Assembly: GCF_004010195.1 (NCBI RefSeq)
Contig: NC_057713.1
Span: 12,906,187 to 12,970,186, forward strand
Length of the DNA: 64,000 nt
Reading direction: 5' to 3'
Source of the DNA: Chiloscyllium plagiosum
Taxonomy: Eukaryota
The notes beneath the pieces are model-generated. The model did no database searches. It was not told the origin of the DNA and saw only the letters and a program-made list of their open reading frames with translations. Numbering within the stretch: position 1 is the stretch's first letter; every line of letters starts with the position of its first letter. The position numbers were made by a program, and so were the translations under genes. Positions 51,549 through 63,938 of the stretch are shown piece by piece.

Positions 51549-51824
51549 CTACATGGCATATCAACCAACACCACTATACAGAAATGCAAGGGAAGAGGTG
51601 GGTGCAAAAGGCAGTTACAAAACTGTCACCTTAAGCAAACTTACAATCACATGTATGTATACAATAGGTATTTTAAATGTACACATACACTGAAATATAA
51701 CAATGCATAAATACATCACAGCATAGAACGTATTGTAAAAGTACAAGATCATTTAAGCCAGTAAAGAAAATATGACTCTCCTTTTTCTAATCTGCAGTCT
51801 ATTCCTCAACTTCTTCAATCAGAA

Positions 51825-53430
51825 CTCAGAACAATAACAGTTTAGCAAAGGAACAGACCCTTCGGCCCACCAAGACTGCACCAACACATTCTAAACTAAA
51901 AATCTTTTGCCTCTACATGATCCATATCCTTCTATTCCCTGCCTATTCACTTATCTGTCAAGATATCTCTTACATGTTGCTACTGTATCCACTTTCACTA
52001 CCTCCACTGGTAGCACATTCCAGGCACTTATCACCCTCTGTGTAAAAAAACATGTCTCTCACATCTCTATACGTTTCTCCCTTTTACCTTAAGCCTGCCC
52101 CCTAGTAAAGACATTTTTACTCTGGGAAAAAGACTCCAACTATCCATTCTATCCATCCTCCCACAATGTTGTAAACTTCTATGAGCTTGCCCTTCATCCT
52201 TCGATATTCAAGTGAAAACACACAAAGTTTGTCCAATCTCTCCTCATAGGTAATACTCTCCGAGCCGGGCAACATCCTGGAAAAGCTTTTCTGTACCCTA
52301 TCCAAATCCTCCATATCTTCTTGTAGTGTGGCAACCAGAACTATTTGCAATATTCCAAATATAGCTGAACTAAAGTTCTATACAGTTGCAGCATGACTTG
52401 CCAATTTTCATACTCTATGCCCTGAGCAAAAACAGCAGACATGCTGGATGCCTTCTTGACCATTTTATCCACTCGTGTTGTAACTTTCAGGACCTAGGCA
52501 AAAGTGAGGACTGCAGATGCTGGAAAGCAGAGTTTAGATCAGAGTGGTGCTGGAAAAGCTCAGCAGGTCAGGCAGCATCCGAGGAGCAGGAAAATCGACG
52601 TTTTGGGCAAAAGCTGAGGCTGGGGAGAAAGTAGCAAAGTGAATGGAGGTGGGGATGGTGGTGATAGGTCAGAGAGGAGGGTGGAGCAGATAGGTGGGAA
52701 GGGAGATTCAGGAAAGGGCCTGAAGAAGGGCCTGTGCCCGAAACGTCGAATCTCCTGTTCCCTGGATGCTGCCTGACCTGCTGTGCTGTTCCAGCAATAA
52801 AGTTTCAACTTTGATCTCCAGCATCTGCAGACCTCACTTTCTCCTTGAAGATTGGTAGGTAGGACAGGTCATGAGGACGGTGCTGAGCTGGAAGGTTGGA
52901 ACTGGGGGGGGCTGGGGAGAGGAGGGAAATGAGGAAACTGGTGAAATCCACATTGATGCCCTGGGGTTGAAGTGTTCCGAGGCGGAAGCTGAGACGTTCT
53001 TCCTCCAGGCATTAGGTGGTGAGGGAGCGGCGGTGGAGGAAACTGTTGGGGACGTCGGGAGAGGAAGAAATGGAGGGCTTGGAGGCCCTGGTCATGGCGG
53101 ATGGCCAGGGACGTCCCCAACAGTACCCTTCCACTGGCTGAACTGGTCCTCACCCTTAACAATTTCTCCTTCGAATCCTTCCACTTCCTCCAGACCAAAG
53201 GGGTAGCAATGGGCACCCCCATCAACCTATTGTACTCTTTGCGCCATTTTTCTGCCCAAATCTCCAACATATCTATATCATCTGGCAACCTTCCTTACCT
53301 ATCTGCAGCTCCCCCAATCTTTGTATCGTTCACAAACTTACTAATCAGGCACCTAAATTCACTGCCAAATCACATATATGTTACAATCAACAGATATCCC
53401 AGCACTGATCCCTGTGGAACACCACTGGTC
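51825..53430 (-). mobile_element. CR1 LINE fragment containing a rearranged PLE (52500-53220)
   Basis: DMEDLDRVQKSFSRMLPG; PLE RT motif LAELVLTLNNFSF..FLQTKGVAMGT on the plus strand at ~53130-53220; two inverted PLE termini. Confidence 0.8.
52720..52747 (+). ncRNA. Minimal hammerhead ribozyme, intact core
   Basis: CTGAAGA-A-GGGC-CTGT-GCCC-GAAAC-GTC. Confidence 0.7.
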
Positions 53431-54292
53431 ACAGAATTAGCAATTTGAGTAATGGGCAATTGGGAAGCTCATCTTGGGATCAAATACAACGTCAAGCTTG
53501 AGAAGGATTGGAATCAGTAACAAGACAGCAAATTTTGTCATGCAGACCAGAGGCAATTGCTTCTGTCCTCCCAATTGCAGGAAAGTTTGCTCATGCCGTA
53601 TTGCATGCTGAATAAGCAATCTGATAGCTCTAAACTCCTTCACAGCCTCTTAAGTTAAGTGACAAGTTAGAGATCAGTGTCACAACTAAAATGTGACTCC
53701 AATGTTTTTGGCTAAAGTTGCTAAGGAGCTGCATGCAAATGGGAAATGGGAGGGGGAGAATAGAGGTGTTGGATCTAAATTAATCTCTGAATGAGTCTGC
53801 AGACACTGTTTAAGGTGTGCACCTCCAAAAATGCAACTAGATATACCAACAGTCTGAATGCGCTGGCAGTATAACTAGGATCAGCACCACATCTGTTCCC
53901 AATTAAACAAGGAATTGGCTGGAAAAAACTGGCGAAGCATGTGGTAAACAATTAAATATCTTCCAGTGGGAGTTGTTACTTGTTTTCCACAAAGAGACCC
54001 ACACAACCCTTTACAAAAAAAAGCAGCCCTCCAGTTCTTTCAGCAATGCAGAGTCCCGGGAGTTTATGAGTCTGTAAGGCATATCTCTGCACAAAATTCA
54101 TCGATTTCGGGAAAATCACAAACTAAACTGCTCAAGCAGATTTAAAGATCGAGTCAGAAACTGCTTCATGTCAGCTTCCAGCAGCATCAGGCTGATCCAG
54201 TCACAGCAAGCATGAGGCAGGCAGGAATGTTGAACACAGCAGCCTACCTCCCCTCCTCCCCCCCCCCCCCCCAAATTAATCCTTCATTCCTG

Positions 54293-54569
54293 NNNNNNNN
54301 NNNNNNNNNNNNNNNNNNNNNNNNNNNNNNNNNNNNNNNNNNNNNNNNNNNNNNNNNNNNNNNNNNNNNNNNNNNNNNNNNNNNNNNNNNNNNNNNNNNN
54401 NNNNNNNNNNNNNNNNNNNNNNNNNNNNNNNNNNNNNNNNNNNNNNNNNNNNNNNNNNNNNNNNNNNNNNNNNNNNNNNNNNNNNNNNNNNNNNNNNNNN
54501 NNNNNNNNNNNNNNNNNNNNNNNNNNNNNNNNNNNNNNNNNNNNNNNNNNNNNNNNNNNNNNNNNNNNN
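54293..54569. other. Assembly gap (N run)
   Basis: Ns. Confidence 1.
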
Positions 54570-54814
54570 TGCCCTCCGCCTGAGGCTACTACACCCCCAA
54601 CCCAACTCACCCTCGGCCGGAGCATCCCAATCCCCCTTTCCGCCCACGCCCCCCATCGTGACGGAGGCCCACCTGCCCCAGCCATCATGCTGGAACCACT
54701 CACCCTCTCTTACCAGACCCCCACCATTCCTCAGGCCAGGCCGCCCACTCACCCTCACGCCCAGCCCCCTCAGGCCTGACTACTATACCCCAGTCCCAGC
54801 CCAAGGTGAATTAC

Positions 54815-54846
54815 CTGAAGAGGTGCTCCGAGCTCCAGATCTTCAT
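54815..54846 (-). CDS. PRELID3A: PRELID3A coding exon 1
   Basis: gccATG AAG ATC TGG AGC TCG GAG CAC CTC TTC AG|gtaatt = MKIWSSEHLF(S); 32 nt, phase 2 joins exon 2. Confidence 0.97.
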
Positions 54847-54849
54847 GGC

Positions 54850-55100
54850 ACCGGAGGCCAGGCCGCACTGTGCCTGTCCCCAAACCCTCCTGGACAGGAG
54901 CCGAGCGTCTGTCGCCGGGATACTGTGGCATCACCGCCCCGCCCACTGGAGCAATCGCGTCATCCCTCTGACGGATGCCCCGCCCATTAACCACTGGCCG
55001 CCTGCCCCCAGATTGCGTCACCTCCCTGCCTCCTGGCGGCTTCCCCGCCCAGGGACGGCAGTCCCGCCCCAAACAGAGCAATTGTCCCACCCACCAGTAG
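54850..55100 (-). promoter_or_regulatory. PRELID3A CpG-rich promoter / 5'UTR
   Basis: GC boxes at 54937, 54978, 55043 and 55063; CRE half-sites at ~54957, 54969 and 55014. Confidence 0.7.
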
Positions 55101-56548
55101 CACCCTGTCCCAGGCATAGTCCGCTCCCCCCTTACCCTGAACCCTGTACAGACATTTAACACAGTCATAACGTTCAATATGACATTCCTCATAAGTGTCT
55201 TGGAGGAGCATGCTGTCAGTGGGTGTCATGCTCGAAGTGATCCAAGGTCAGATGGAAGAGATGTTTAAACCCTAGGAAACAGATAATAAGCATGCCTCTT
55301 GCCGAAGTACCGAGTAAGACATATCGCAACAGGAAAATTAGACGACTGCTTACAGTCCATTAGTGGCTTTGCCTGTCTGATTAAATGTCTTGCACTGTGC
55401 GTTACATTTATAAAACGTCTATGTAACATTGACATAACAATATTCCGAAGAAGGAATACACCCGAAACGTCGACTTCTCCACCTCCTGATGCTGCCTGTG
55501 TTCTTCCAGCCTCTTGCCTGTGTACATATCTTAGCAAGTCAAAAGGCTCTCATATGCTGACAGTGCAAAGTTGTTTACTATGTAACTTGCTGTATTGGGA
55601 TTTATCTAAGTTTGTACCTTTTAAAAAAAAATTGCTTAATTTCAGATGCAACTGCCTCACCTTGTATTTCATCCCTTAACGTTTCGGTGTGATATGTGTT
55701 CGTTGGTCGATCTTCTGACGTGGAACTGTTGGCAATCATTGGACTTCAAAATGTTTCTCGCCAATGAAGTAGGATTCCCGATCAAAAAAGAGAAAGAATA
55801 GCGAGAAAAAGTATGAGAAACAGCACAAGAAAACAGAAAGACCAATAATGGCAAATACGGTATAGCAAGCTGATGAGAAAGTCCATAGCAGGAGTTTGAC
55901 TCAATTTAACATTGTTGAGTTTCTGATGACGTAACCGGGCCAAGGGTGAAATGACTGCTATGCGTCATGACGTAAAACGCTACACCTCCATCCAGCATGT
56001 ATCCAGTTAACCGCTAGATACTTTGTTGCAGCCTCAGGGAGCGCGGGAGAAATGACAACGACTGGAGGTTGTGCATTTTAAATGTTATGAAATTTATTGT
56101 TTTAAAATAAAAACGAAGGAAGCAAAGGGGGGTCCAGACGAAAAGCTTTGCTCCCAAGCGCACAGCGAGGAGCAGAGACTGGCAATGGTGATCTTGAGGT
56201 TCCTGCAAATGCAAGAATGACACGTTACGTTGGATTGTGATACAGGTCGTCATGGTCGTGAAGAGATTATTTGTTTGTCTATGAGAGTCAGAGGGGAGTT
56301 TTCTGCTGTTCATTCCCTGTATTGATACATATTTGCCTCTCACAGGAGATTGCAGTCGAAGAGGAGAGGGAGTGAGTTAGTCGTTTGAGTTCGTTGCATC
56401 ACGTCAAAGCAGTAGTCTTGGTGGACTATGTGATCTTTGCCTTTTATTAAACTGATGATTTTGTACTAGTCGATTAGAAAAATATTAACCTCGGTAGGTA
56501 TAAGCATGTTAAAAATGTTTCTTACCATGAATTTGCATTCACATTATT

Positions 56549-56749
56549 ACAGGTAAAAACAATGACTGCAGATGCTGGAAACCAGAGTCTAGATTAGAGT
56601 GGTGCTGGAAAAGCACAGCCGTTCAGGCAGCATCCGAGAACCAGTAAAATCGACATTCTTGATGAAGGGCTTTTGCCCGAAACGTCGATTTTACTGCTCC
56701 TCGGATGCTGCCTGAACAACTGTGCTTTTCCAGCACCACTCTAATCTAG
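56549..56749. mobile_element. Palindromic PLE-terminus element (hammerhead with C-to-T change in the core)
   Basis: TTGATGA-A-GGGC-TTTT-GCCC-GAAAC-GTC at 56659-56686; 12-bp TSD ATTCACATTATT at 56537-56548 and 56750-56761. Confidence 0.9.
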
Positions 56750-57479
56750 ATTCACATTATTTCAGTCTATCTTGGGATAGTGTATACCGTATATGCTCGA
56801 GTAATAGACTAGTTTTTAAGGTTAACGTCTTGCGGTCGATTATTACATGGATACTGGTTTTGAGGGGCTGGAATTCATATGTATCATTCGCAGAAGCCCA
56901 ATTGATGTCTAAACAAATGAAGAAAAAAAAAGCGATGATGGTAATTCTGAAAACCCGGAGCAGAAAACAACTGCCAGCTACTGGAAGATGGGGAGTAGAG
57001 CGGAACAGAACAACCGGCAGACTGGAAATCTGGAGCAGGATGTGACGGCCGGCACACTGACTCATAAACGTTGGTCTGTTATCTGTGAAGAACTAGGGGC
57101 GACCTTTACACAAGATATATGGAAAATTCCAGATTATTTGACCAAAAATTGGAGTCGACCTTTACATGAGGTCGATTATTACCCGAGTACACACGGTATG
57201 TCTGCAGAACTATGTCACAATCTCATCTCCAAAGTGTGCTTAAAAAACACTTCATCCAGAATTCTACTACTCCATTCTCTTTTACTTAACTTTATCAATA
57301 TGGGTTGCATGTTCCTGCAATCTCTTAAATCATGTTTACATTTTAACTCCATTAGAATCTGTTAAAAGTGATGCTCATTTAGGGAGCTGGTGTGGGTACG
57401 ATGGACTAAACAGCCTCCTGTGCCATTGTACTTCTGTGATTCTGAAAATACTTTCTAAACACTGCCATTCCACCTTTGC

Positions 57480-58080
57480 CCTCCGTGCATGGAGTATAGG
57501 AATTGGGAAGTCGTGTCGCGCTGTTCAGGACATTGGTTCCACAACTGTTGGAATATTGTGTGCAATTCTGCTCTCCCTGCTACAGGAAGGGTGTTGTGAA
57601 ACTTGAAAGAGTTCAGAAAATATTTACAAGGATGTTGCTAAGGTTTGAGGGTTGAGCTATAGGAAGCGGTTGAATAGGCTGAGGCTATTTCTCTGGAGTT
57701 TCGGAGACTGGAGGGGTGACCTTATCGACCTTATAAAATCATGACAAGCGTGGAAAGAGTAAGTGGGCAAGGTCTTTTTCCTGGGGTGGGGAAGTTTAAA
57801 ACTAGAGGCCATAGGTTTAGGGTGAGAGGGGAAAGATTTAAAATGGACCAAAGGGGCAACTATTCCATGCAGAGAGTGGTACGTGTACAGAATGAGCTGT
57901 TAGAGGAGGCAGTGGGGGCTGGTACGGATCTAACATTTAAAAGGATATGTGAATAGGAAGGGTTCAGAGGGATATGGGCTAAGTGCTGGTAAATGGGACT
58001 AAATGTATATAGCATATTTAGTCAAAATGGACAAGTTGGACCGAAGGGTCTGTTTCCACGCTGTATATCTCCATGACTCT
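57480..58080 (+). mobile_element. CR1 LINE 3' fragment
   Basis: LEYCVQF..KLERVQK; KTRGHRFRVRGERFK. Confidence 0.9.
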
Positions 58081-58668
58081 ATAACTTCTACCTCTGCCCA
58101 CTCCACCGTATCTATTCTGAAAAGTGTGGAATGTTACGTTTTTTCTAGCTTTCTTATTTATATGTGATATTCTTTGCCTTTTATCTAACAGTATTTTTGA
58201 TTCTTATTAGATAAATGCCTTTCCTCCCCTTTAATCCTGAACAATATTTAAGTTAGTCATCAGACACAAAGATGTACGCTGTTTCATGATGTCAAGAATT
58301 AGTCATTTTAAGGTGTCAGTTTCGAGGTCGAATGATAAAACCAAAACCTCTGGAAAAATCAGGGTTAGGAACTGTGAGATTTCTAAGGAAGATTGTGCCA
58401 AATTGTCTACGTATTCTTTGGAACGGGACCAATCAGACCTAAAAACACACAATAGAAACACGAGGAAAAAATCTTTTACACAAGTGTTTACGATCTGGAT
58501 GAACTATTTGGGAACCTGGTGGCAAGTTCAATCATGGAGATCAAGAGGGAATCGAAATCCTAGCTGAAAAGGGAGTACAAAGTTAAAGAGAAAGAGGTAC
58601 TGGGTGAACGGCTGAGATAGACGGAATAAGCGAGTTTTGAGAAGATAGACGGGATTGAATGCCTTCAT

Positions 58669-58796
58669 TCTGGATTAGTGGTGCTGGAAGAGCACAGCAG
58701 TTCAGGCAGCATCCAAGGAGCAGCTGAACTGCTGTGCTCTTCCAGCACCACTAATCCAGAATCTGGTTTCCAGCATCTGCAGTCATTGTTTTTACC
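58669..58796. mobile_element. Palindromic PLE-terminus element lacking the hammerhead
   Basis: Near-perfect hairpin; 14-bp TSD TTGAATGCCTTCAT at 58655-58668 and 58797-58810. Confidence 0.9.
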
Positions 58797-59429
58797 TTGA
58801 ATGCCTTCATCCCATGCCGTAACAATTGTGTAAAATCCCTTGCATCCGCTGTCTAATACAATTGTGATGTTATAAATTCTCTACTGACTGAAAATATTTT
58901 TCTTACAGTTTGCAGTGACGCTGTAGTTGGACTATTTTAGGACATTTTATTTGATAAGTGCAAAACCGACCTACATGAGCGTGTTGGTAAAACAGTCGTG
59001 TGAGAAAACCTTGCCCCACTTACACCAGCATACCAGCTCTATTTACGGACCTGTGAAAATCGAAAAACTTGAAGTGGGCAATTTGAAAATCCAAGCATAT
59101 TTGTATTTAAATCCAGGTCAAAAACAACAAAACAAAAAAATCAATTGAATTCCAGATTGTTAGATGAGGTTGTCTCACCTTTTCTGGCGATGATAATTCC
59201 TACTGCCAACATACCATCACGATGTGGCTGAGCACAAGGGGAGAGCAGGGATCACTGAGCAACTTCGTCATCGGGTGACAAGAGTATGAAATCGTAGGAA
59301 TCGAGCAAATAAATAACGAAGAAAAGACAAGTGAAGAAGATACAGAGACACACGGATGGGCACAAACAGCAGCACTGGCACAAACAGTATAAGAGAAAGG
59401 ACATAGCAAACTGGCGCTGCAGTTGGGGA

Positions 59430-59692
59430 AGAAAGTTTCCCGTGACGTTGTTGCAAGCAGTGACGTAACTGTGCGGAGAACACGTGACGAAGAGGGTTGA
59501 GGCGACGACATGACGTAATTGCGCTTGATCACGCCCACAATGACGCTTGGCGACAGCCCTGTAGGGGGAGGGGTCAAGGTGGCGGCCTCAGGATTTCTGT
59601 TCGTTGCTTAAACGTCGCCGACACGGACCCTGAGCTGGACAGGTGGCAGCAGGGAGAGAGAGGAGGAAAGGAAAGGGGCAATCAGCAGGCGG
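59430..59692 (+). promoter_or_regulatory. AFG3L2 CpG-rich promoter / 5'UTR with CRE cluster
   Basis: TGACG at 59443, 59461, 59485, 59511 and 59541; CACGTG at 59481. Confidence 0.7.
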
Positions 59693-59782
59693 ATGGCGCA
59701 CCGCTACGCCGTGCTGGCCCGCTGCTGCCGAGGCTTGTATAAAAGTTTGGGCCCTCAGCGCGGCAGCCGAGCCTGGAGGCCG
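59693..59782 (+). CDS. AFG3L2: AFG3L2 (mitochondrial m-AAA protease) coding exon 1
   Basis: MAHRYAVLARCCRGLYKSLGPQRGSRAWRP|gtgagt; MAHR start, Arg-rich acid-free presequence, phase 0, head-to-head synteny with PRELID3A. Confidence 0.85.
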
Positions 59783-60382
59783 GTGAGTGAGTGAGTGAGT
59801 GGGCGGGCGGCGCTTTAACGAGGGTCGGGCGGCGTGTTTACACAGGCAACAACAACCACCAGCCCGTCCTTCGCTCAGCGCAATACCACCGGGCTGTTAC
59901 TGTTTAAAACGCGTGCCTGCCTGATACCGACAGGTTTAACGTCATGGACATGTGTGACGTTAATCTGTTCAGAGTCATAGAGATGTACAGCATGGAAACA
60001 GACCCTTGGGTTCAACCTGTCCATGCCGACCAGATATCCCAACCCAATATAGTCCCACCTGCCAACACCCGGCCCATATCCCTTCAAATCCTTCCTATCC
60101 ATATACCCATCCAAATGCCTCTTAAATGTTGCAATTGTACCAGCCTCCACCACTTCCTCTGGCAGCTCATTCCATACACGTACCACCCTCTGTGTGGAAA
60201 AAGTTGCCCCTTAGGTCTCTCTTATACCTTTTCCCTCTCACCCTAAACCTATGCCCTCTAGTTCTGGACTCCCTGACCCCAGGGAAAAGACTTTGCCTAT
60301 TTACCTTATCCATGCCCCTCATAATTTTGTAAATCTCTATAAGGTCACCCCTCAGCCTCCGACGCTCCAGGGAAAACAGCCC

Positions 60383-60562
60383 NNNNNNNNNNNNNNNNNN
60401 NNNNNNNNNNNNNNNNNNNNNNNNNNNNNNNNNNNNNNNNNNNNNNNNNNNNNNNNNNNNNNNNNNNNNNNNNNNNNNNNNNNNNNNNNNNNNNNNNNNN
60501 NNNNNNNNNNNNNNNNNNNNNNNNNNNNNNNNNNNNNNNNNNNNNNNNNNNNNNNNNNNNNN
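60383..60562. other. Assembly gap (N run)
   Basis: Ns. Confidence 1.
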
Positions 60563-60754
60563 GGCTAATGCCCGAAACGTCGATTCTCCTGTTCCCTAGA
60601 TGCTGCCTGACCTGCTGCGCTTCTCCAGCAACACATTTCCATCTCTGATCTCCAGCATCTGCAGACCTCATTTTCTCTTCAAAGATTTCAACCTACTGCG
60701 AATCCTCTTACAAGGATGCCTTCCTTGAAGAAGCTCTCTTTCTCCCTCACATTC

Positions 60755-60782
60755 CTGAAGAAGGGCTAATGCCCGAAACGTC
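60755..60782 (+). ncRNA. Minimal hammerhead ribozyme, intact core (partial twin ends at 60581)
   Basis: CTGAAGA-A-GGGC-TAAT-GCCC-GAAAC-GTC. Confidence 0.7.
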
Positions 60783-61174
60783 GATTCTCCTGTTCCCTAG
60801 ATGCTGCCTGACCTGCTGCGCTTCTCCAGCAACACATTCCTATCTACCTGCGACTCCACTTTCAAGGAGCTATGAACCTGCACTCTCGAGGACCTTACCA
60901 TTAAATGTATAAGTCCTGCTAAGATTTGCTTTCCCAAAATGCAGCACCTCGCATTTATCTGAATTAAACTCCACCTGCCACTTCTCAGCCCATTGGCCTA
61001 TCTGGTCAAGATCCTGTTGTAATCTGAGGTAACCCTCTTCACTGTCCACTACATCTCCAATTTTGGTGTCATCTGCAAACTTACTAACTGTACCTCTTTT
61101 GCTCGCATCCAAATCATTTATTTAAATGACAAAATTGTAGTGTTAGATCATAATACACTCCCCCACCTTATTTT

Positions 61175-61492
61175 AGAACCCCTACAGCTTAGAAGCAGGC
61201 TATTCAGCTCATCAAGTCCCCACTGAGCCTCCGAAGAGCATCCCACCCAGACCCACTCTCCCCTACTCTACCCCTGTAACCCTGCGTTGCCCATGGCTAA
61301 TTCTCCTAACCTGCACATCCTTTAACACCAAGAGCAATTTAGTTTGGCCAATGTGCACAACCTGGGCATCTTTGGATTGTGGAGGAAACCCACACCGACA
61401 CAGGTTGGGGAGAATGTGCAAACTCCATACTGGCAGTAGCCCCCAAGGGTAGAACCGAGTCCAGGTCCCTGGAGGTGAGGTAGCGGTGCTGT
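61175..61492 (-). mobile_element. Diverged HE1-like V-SINE
   Basis: GGAGGAAACCC..GAGAATGTGCAAACTCC V-domain. Confidence 0.7.
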
Positions 61493-61854
61493 CCTTATGG
61501 TTACACCAATTCTAACAAACATCAGATAATGCCTTACCAAGACTATGCCAAACAATGTAATTTCGTTTGTAGTTGTGACATGATGATTTCTACCAACCCT
61601 GATATGAGTGCCACCTTGCTGAAGTTTGCAAGACATTTTGACCAAACCATTTGAATATACTGCAATTTTGTAACATAGATTTATAGATTATACATGCAAA
61701 GTAGTGTACAGATATCTTATAAGTCACCTGCTAGGTCTTAACTGGAGTGTTCTGTTATTCTGGGCTCCACACTTCAGAAAGCAAATTGGATAAGATGTAG
61801 TTAGAGAGCATTTTGGTGACATGGAGAGAGGAGAGCCTGGCATTAGTTGGAAAC

Positions 61855-62205
61855 ATAGCAGCTCTCGTCCCTGTGACTGAGGTTCAGGTATAATGTCCAC
61901 TCCAGGGCTTGAAGACAAAACTAATGCTGACACTTCAATGTAATACTGTTAGGAAATTAACTGTTGCCAGGCACCATCTGTTAGATGAAGTATTCAACCA
62001 AGGCCCTCACTGTAGGCCAGTGGGTGTGAAACGTCCAAGATTATTATTTGCAAGTAGAAAATGGCAGTTATCTCTGGTGCCCTGGTCAATATTTATCTCT
62101 CGATCAATATTACAGATTGTGTGCTGTCATCACCATTGCTTTATATGAGAGCTAGCTGAGTGCACTTTGGCTGCCATGTTTTCTGCATTCCCAAAGTGGC
62201 CATGC
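61855..62205 (+). mobile_element. SacSINE1-like Deu-SINE
   Basis: GATGAAGTATTCAACCAAGGCCC..CCTGGTCAATATTTATC..TTGGCTGCCATGTTT, resembling the Deu domain. Confidence 0.65.
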
Positions 62206-62209
62206 TTTA

Positions 62210-63640
62210 CATAAGAACTAGGTGCAGGAATAGGCAATCTGGCCCTTCGAGCCCGTTCTGCGATTTAATAAGATCATGGCTAATCTTTTCGTGGCCTCAG
62301 CTCCACTTACCCAACCTCTCACCATAATCCTTAATTCCTTTACTATTCAAAAATTATCTATCTTAGCTTTAAAAACATGTACTGAGAAAGCCTCAACCAC
62401 TTCACTGGGCAGAGAATTCCATGGATTCACAACTCTGTGGGTGAAGAAGTTCCATCTCAATTTGGTCCTGAATCTGCCCCCTTGACCTGGTTTCTCCTAC
62501 AAGTGGAAACATCCTCTCTACTTTTATCTTTTCTATTCCCTTCATAATTTTCTATGTTTCCATAAGATGCCCCCCCCCCCCCATTCTTCTAAATTCCAAT
62601 GAATATAATCCCAGTCTACTCAGTCTCTCCTCATGAGCCAAGCCCCTCAATTCTGGAGTCAACCCAGTGAACTTTCTCTGCACCCCTTTCTAATGCCAGC
62701 ACATTCTTTCTCAAGTACTTGGCCACTTTTGGAATATTGTGTGCAATTCTGGTCTCCCTCCTATAGGCAGAATGTTGTGAAACTTGAAAAGGTTCAGAAA
62801 AGATTTACAAGGATGTTGCCAGAGTCAGAGGGTCTGAGCTAGAAGGAAAGGCTGAATAGGCAGTGGCCGTTTTCTCTGGAGTGCTGGAGGCTGAGGGGTG
62901 ACCTTATAAAGGTTTATAAAATTGTGAGGGGCATGGATAGAGTAAATGGGTAAGGTCTTTTCCCTGTAGTAGGGAATCCAGAACTAGAGGGCATAGGTTT
63001 AGGGTTAGAGGGGAAAGATTTAAAAGGGGCGTAAGGAGCAACTTTTTCATGCAAAGGGTGGTGTGTGTATGGAATGAGCTGCCAGGGGAAGTGGTGGAGG
63101 CTGGTACAACATTTAAAAAGCATGAGAATGGGTATATGAATAGGAAGGGTATATGAATAGGGAGGGTTTTGAGGGATATGAGCCAAATGTTGGCAAGTTG
63201 GAGTAATCAGTTTAGGATATCTGGTTGGCATGGGCAAGTTCGACCAAAGGATCTCAAGTCTTTTGAATGTTATAATTGTACCAACAGCCTCCAGTTTCTC
63301 TGGCAGCTCATTTCGGACATGCACCCTCTGCATGAAAATGTTTCCACTTAGGTCCCTTTTAAATCTTTCTCCTTTCATCCTAAATCTATGCCCTGTCATT
63401 TTGGACTCCCCTACCCTGGGAACAAGACCTTGACTATTCACACTATACATGTCCTTCACAATTTAATAAACCTCTACAAAGGTCACCCCTCAGCCTTTTG
63501 ATGCTTCAGGAAAACAGCCCCAGCCTATTCAGCCTCTCCCTATAGCTCAAACCCTCCAACCCTGGCAACATCCTTGTAAATCTTTTCTGCACCCTTTCAA
63601 GTTTCACAATATCTTTCCTATAGCAGGGAGACTAGATGCT
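62210..63640. mobile_element. Three CR1 3' fragments; the last two form a tail-to-tail inverted pair (62718-63250 plus, 63260-63640 minus)
   Basis: LEYCVQFWSPSYRQNVVKLEKVQKRFTRMLP and its reverse-complement homolog. Confidence 0.9.
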
Positions 63641-63938
63641 AGCGTGGAAAGCATTTCTCTATTTGGCTTAAGTTCTTTATTACCATGTTACTTGGTCTTG
63701 CTAAAAATAACTACTGTTGGCTGGTACAGCTTGCCTTGCACTATCTCCATTTAATGTAAAACATTTGTGAGGAATTCAAGACTTTCAAGTTGCAACTTCC
63801 TCTATGCTAATAACTGTGTGTACGATTAATGCACTGGATCCCATGTTAAAGTGTTACCCTTGAAGGTGTGAGTAAGATGATATGATGACATATAGTATGT
63901 TCTCAACATTCTCTGTTGCATTGTATGGTTTCTTGCAG

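Larger units (their letters stand above)
59972..61130 (-). mobile_element. Young CR1 LINE 3' fragment containing a gap and a tandem PLE terminus
   Basis: VRVWNELPEEVVEAGTIATFKRHLD; SKFADDTK..WAEKWQVEFNSDKC. Confidence 0.9.

Noticed and set aside
54212-55229. Long ORFs around the gap and CpG island
   Set aside because: Artefacts of Ns and high GC; only the 32-nt PRELID3A exon is supported
58927-59577. ORFs upstream of AFG3L2, including a RHIM-like LEVG
   Set aside because: No consistent splice or frame support; the motif is too weak
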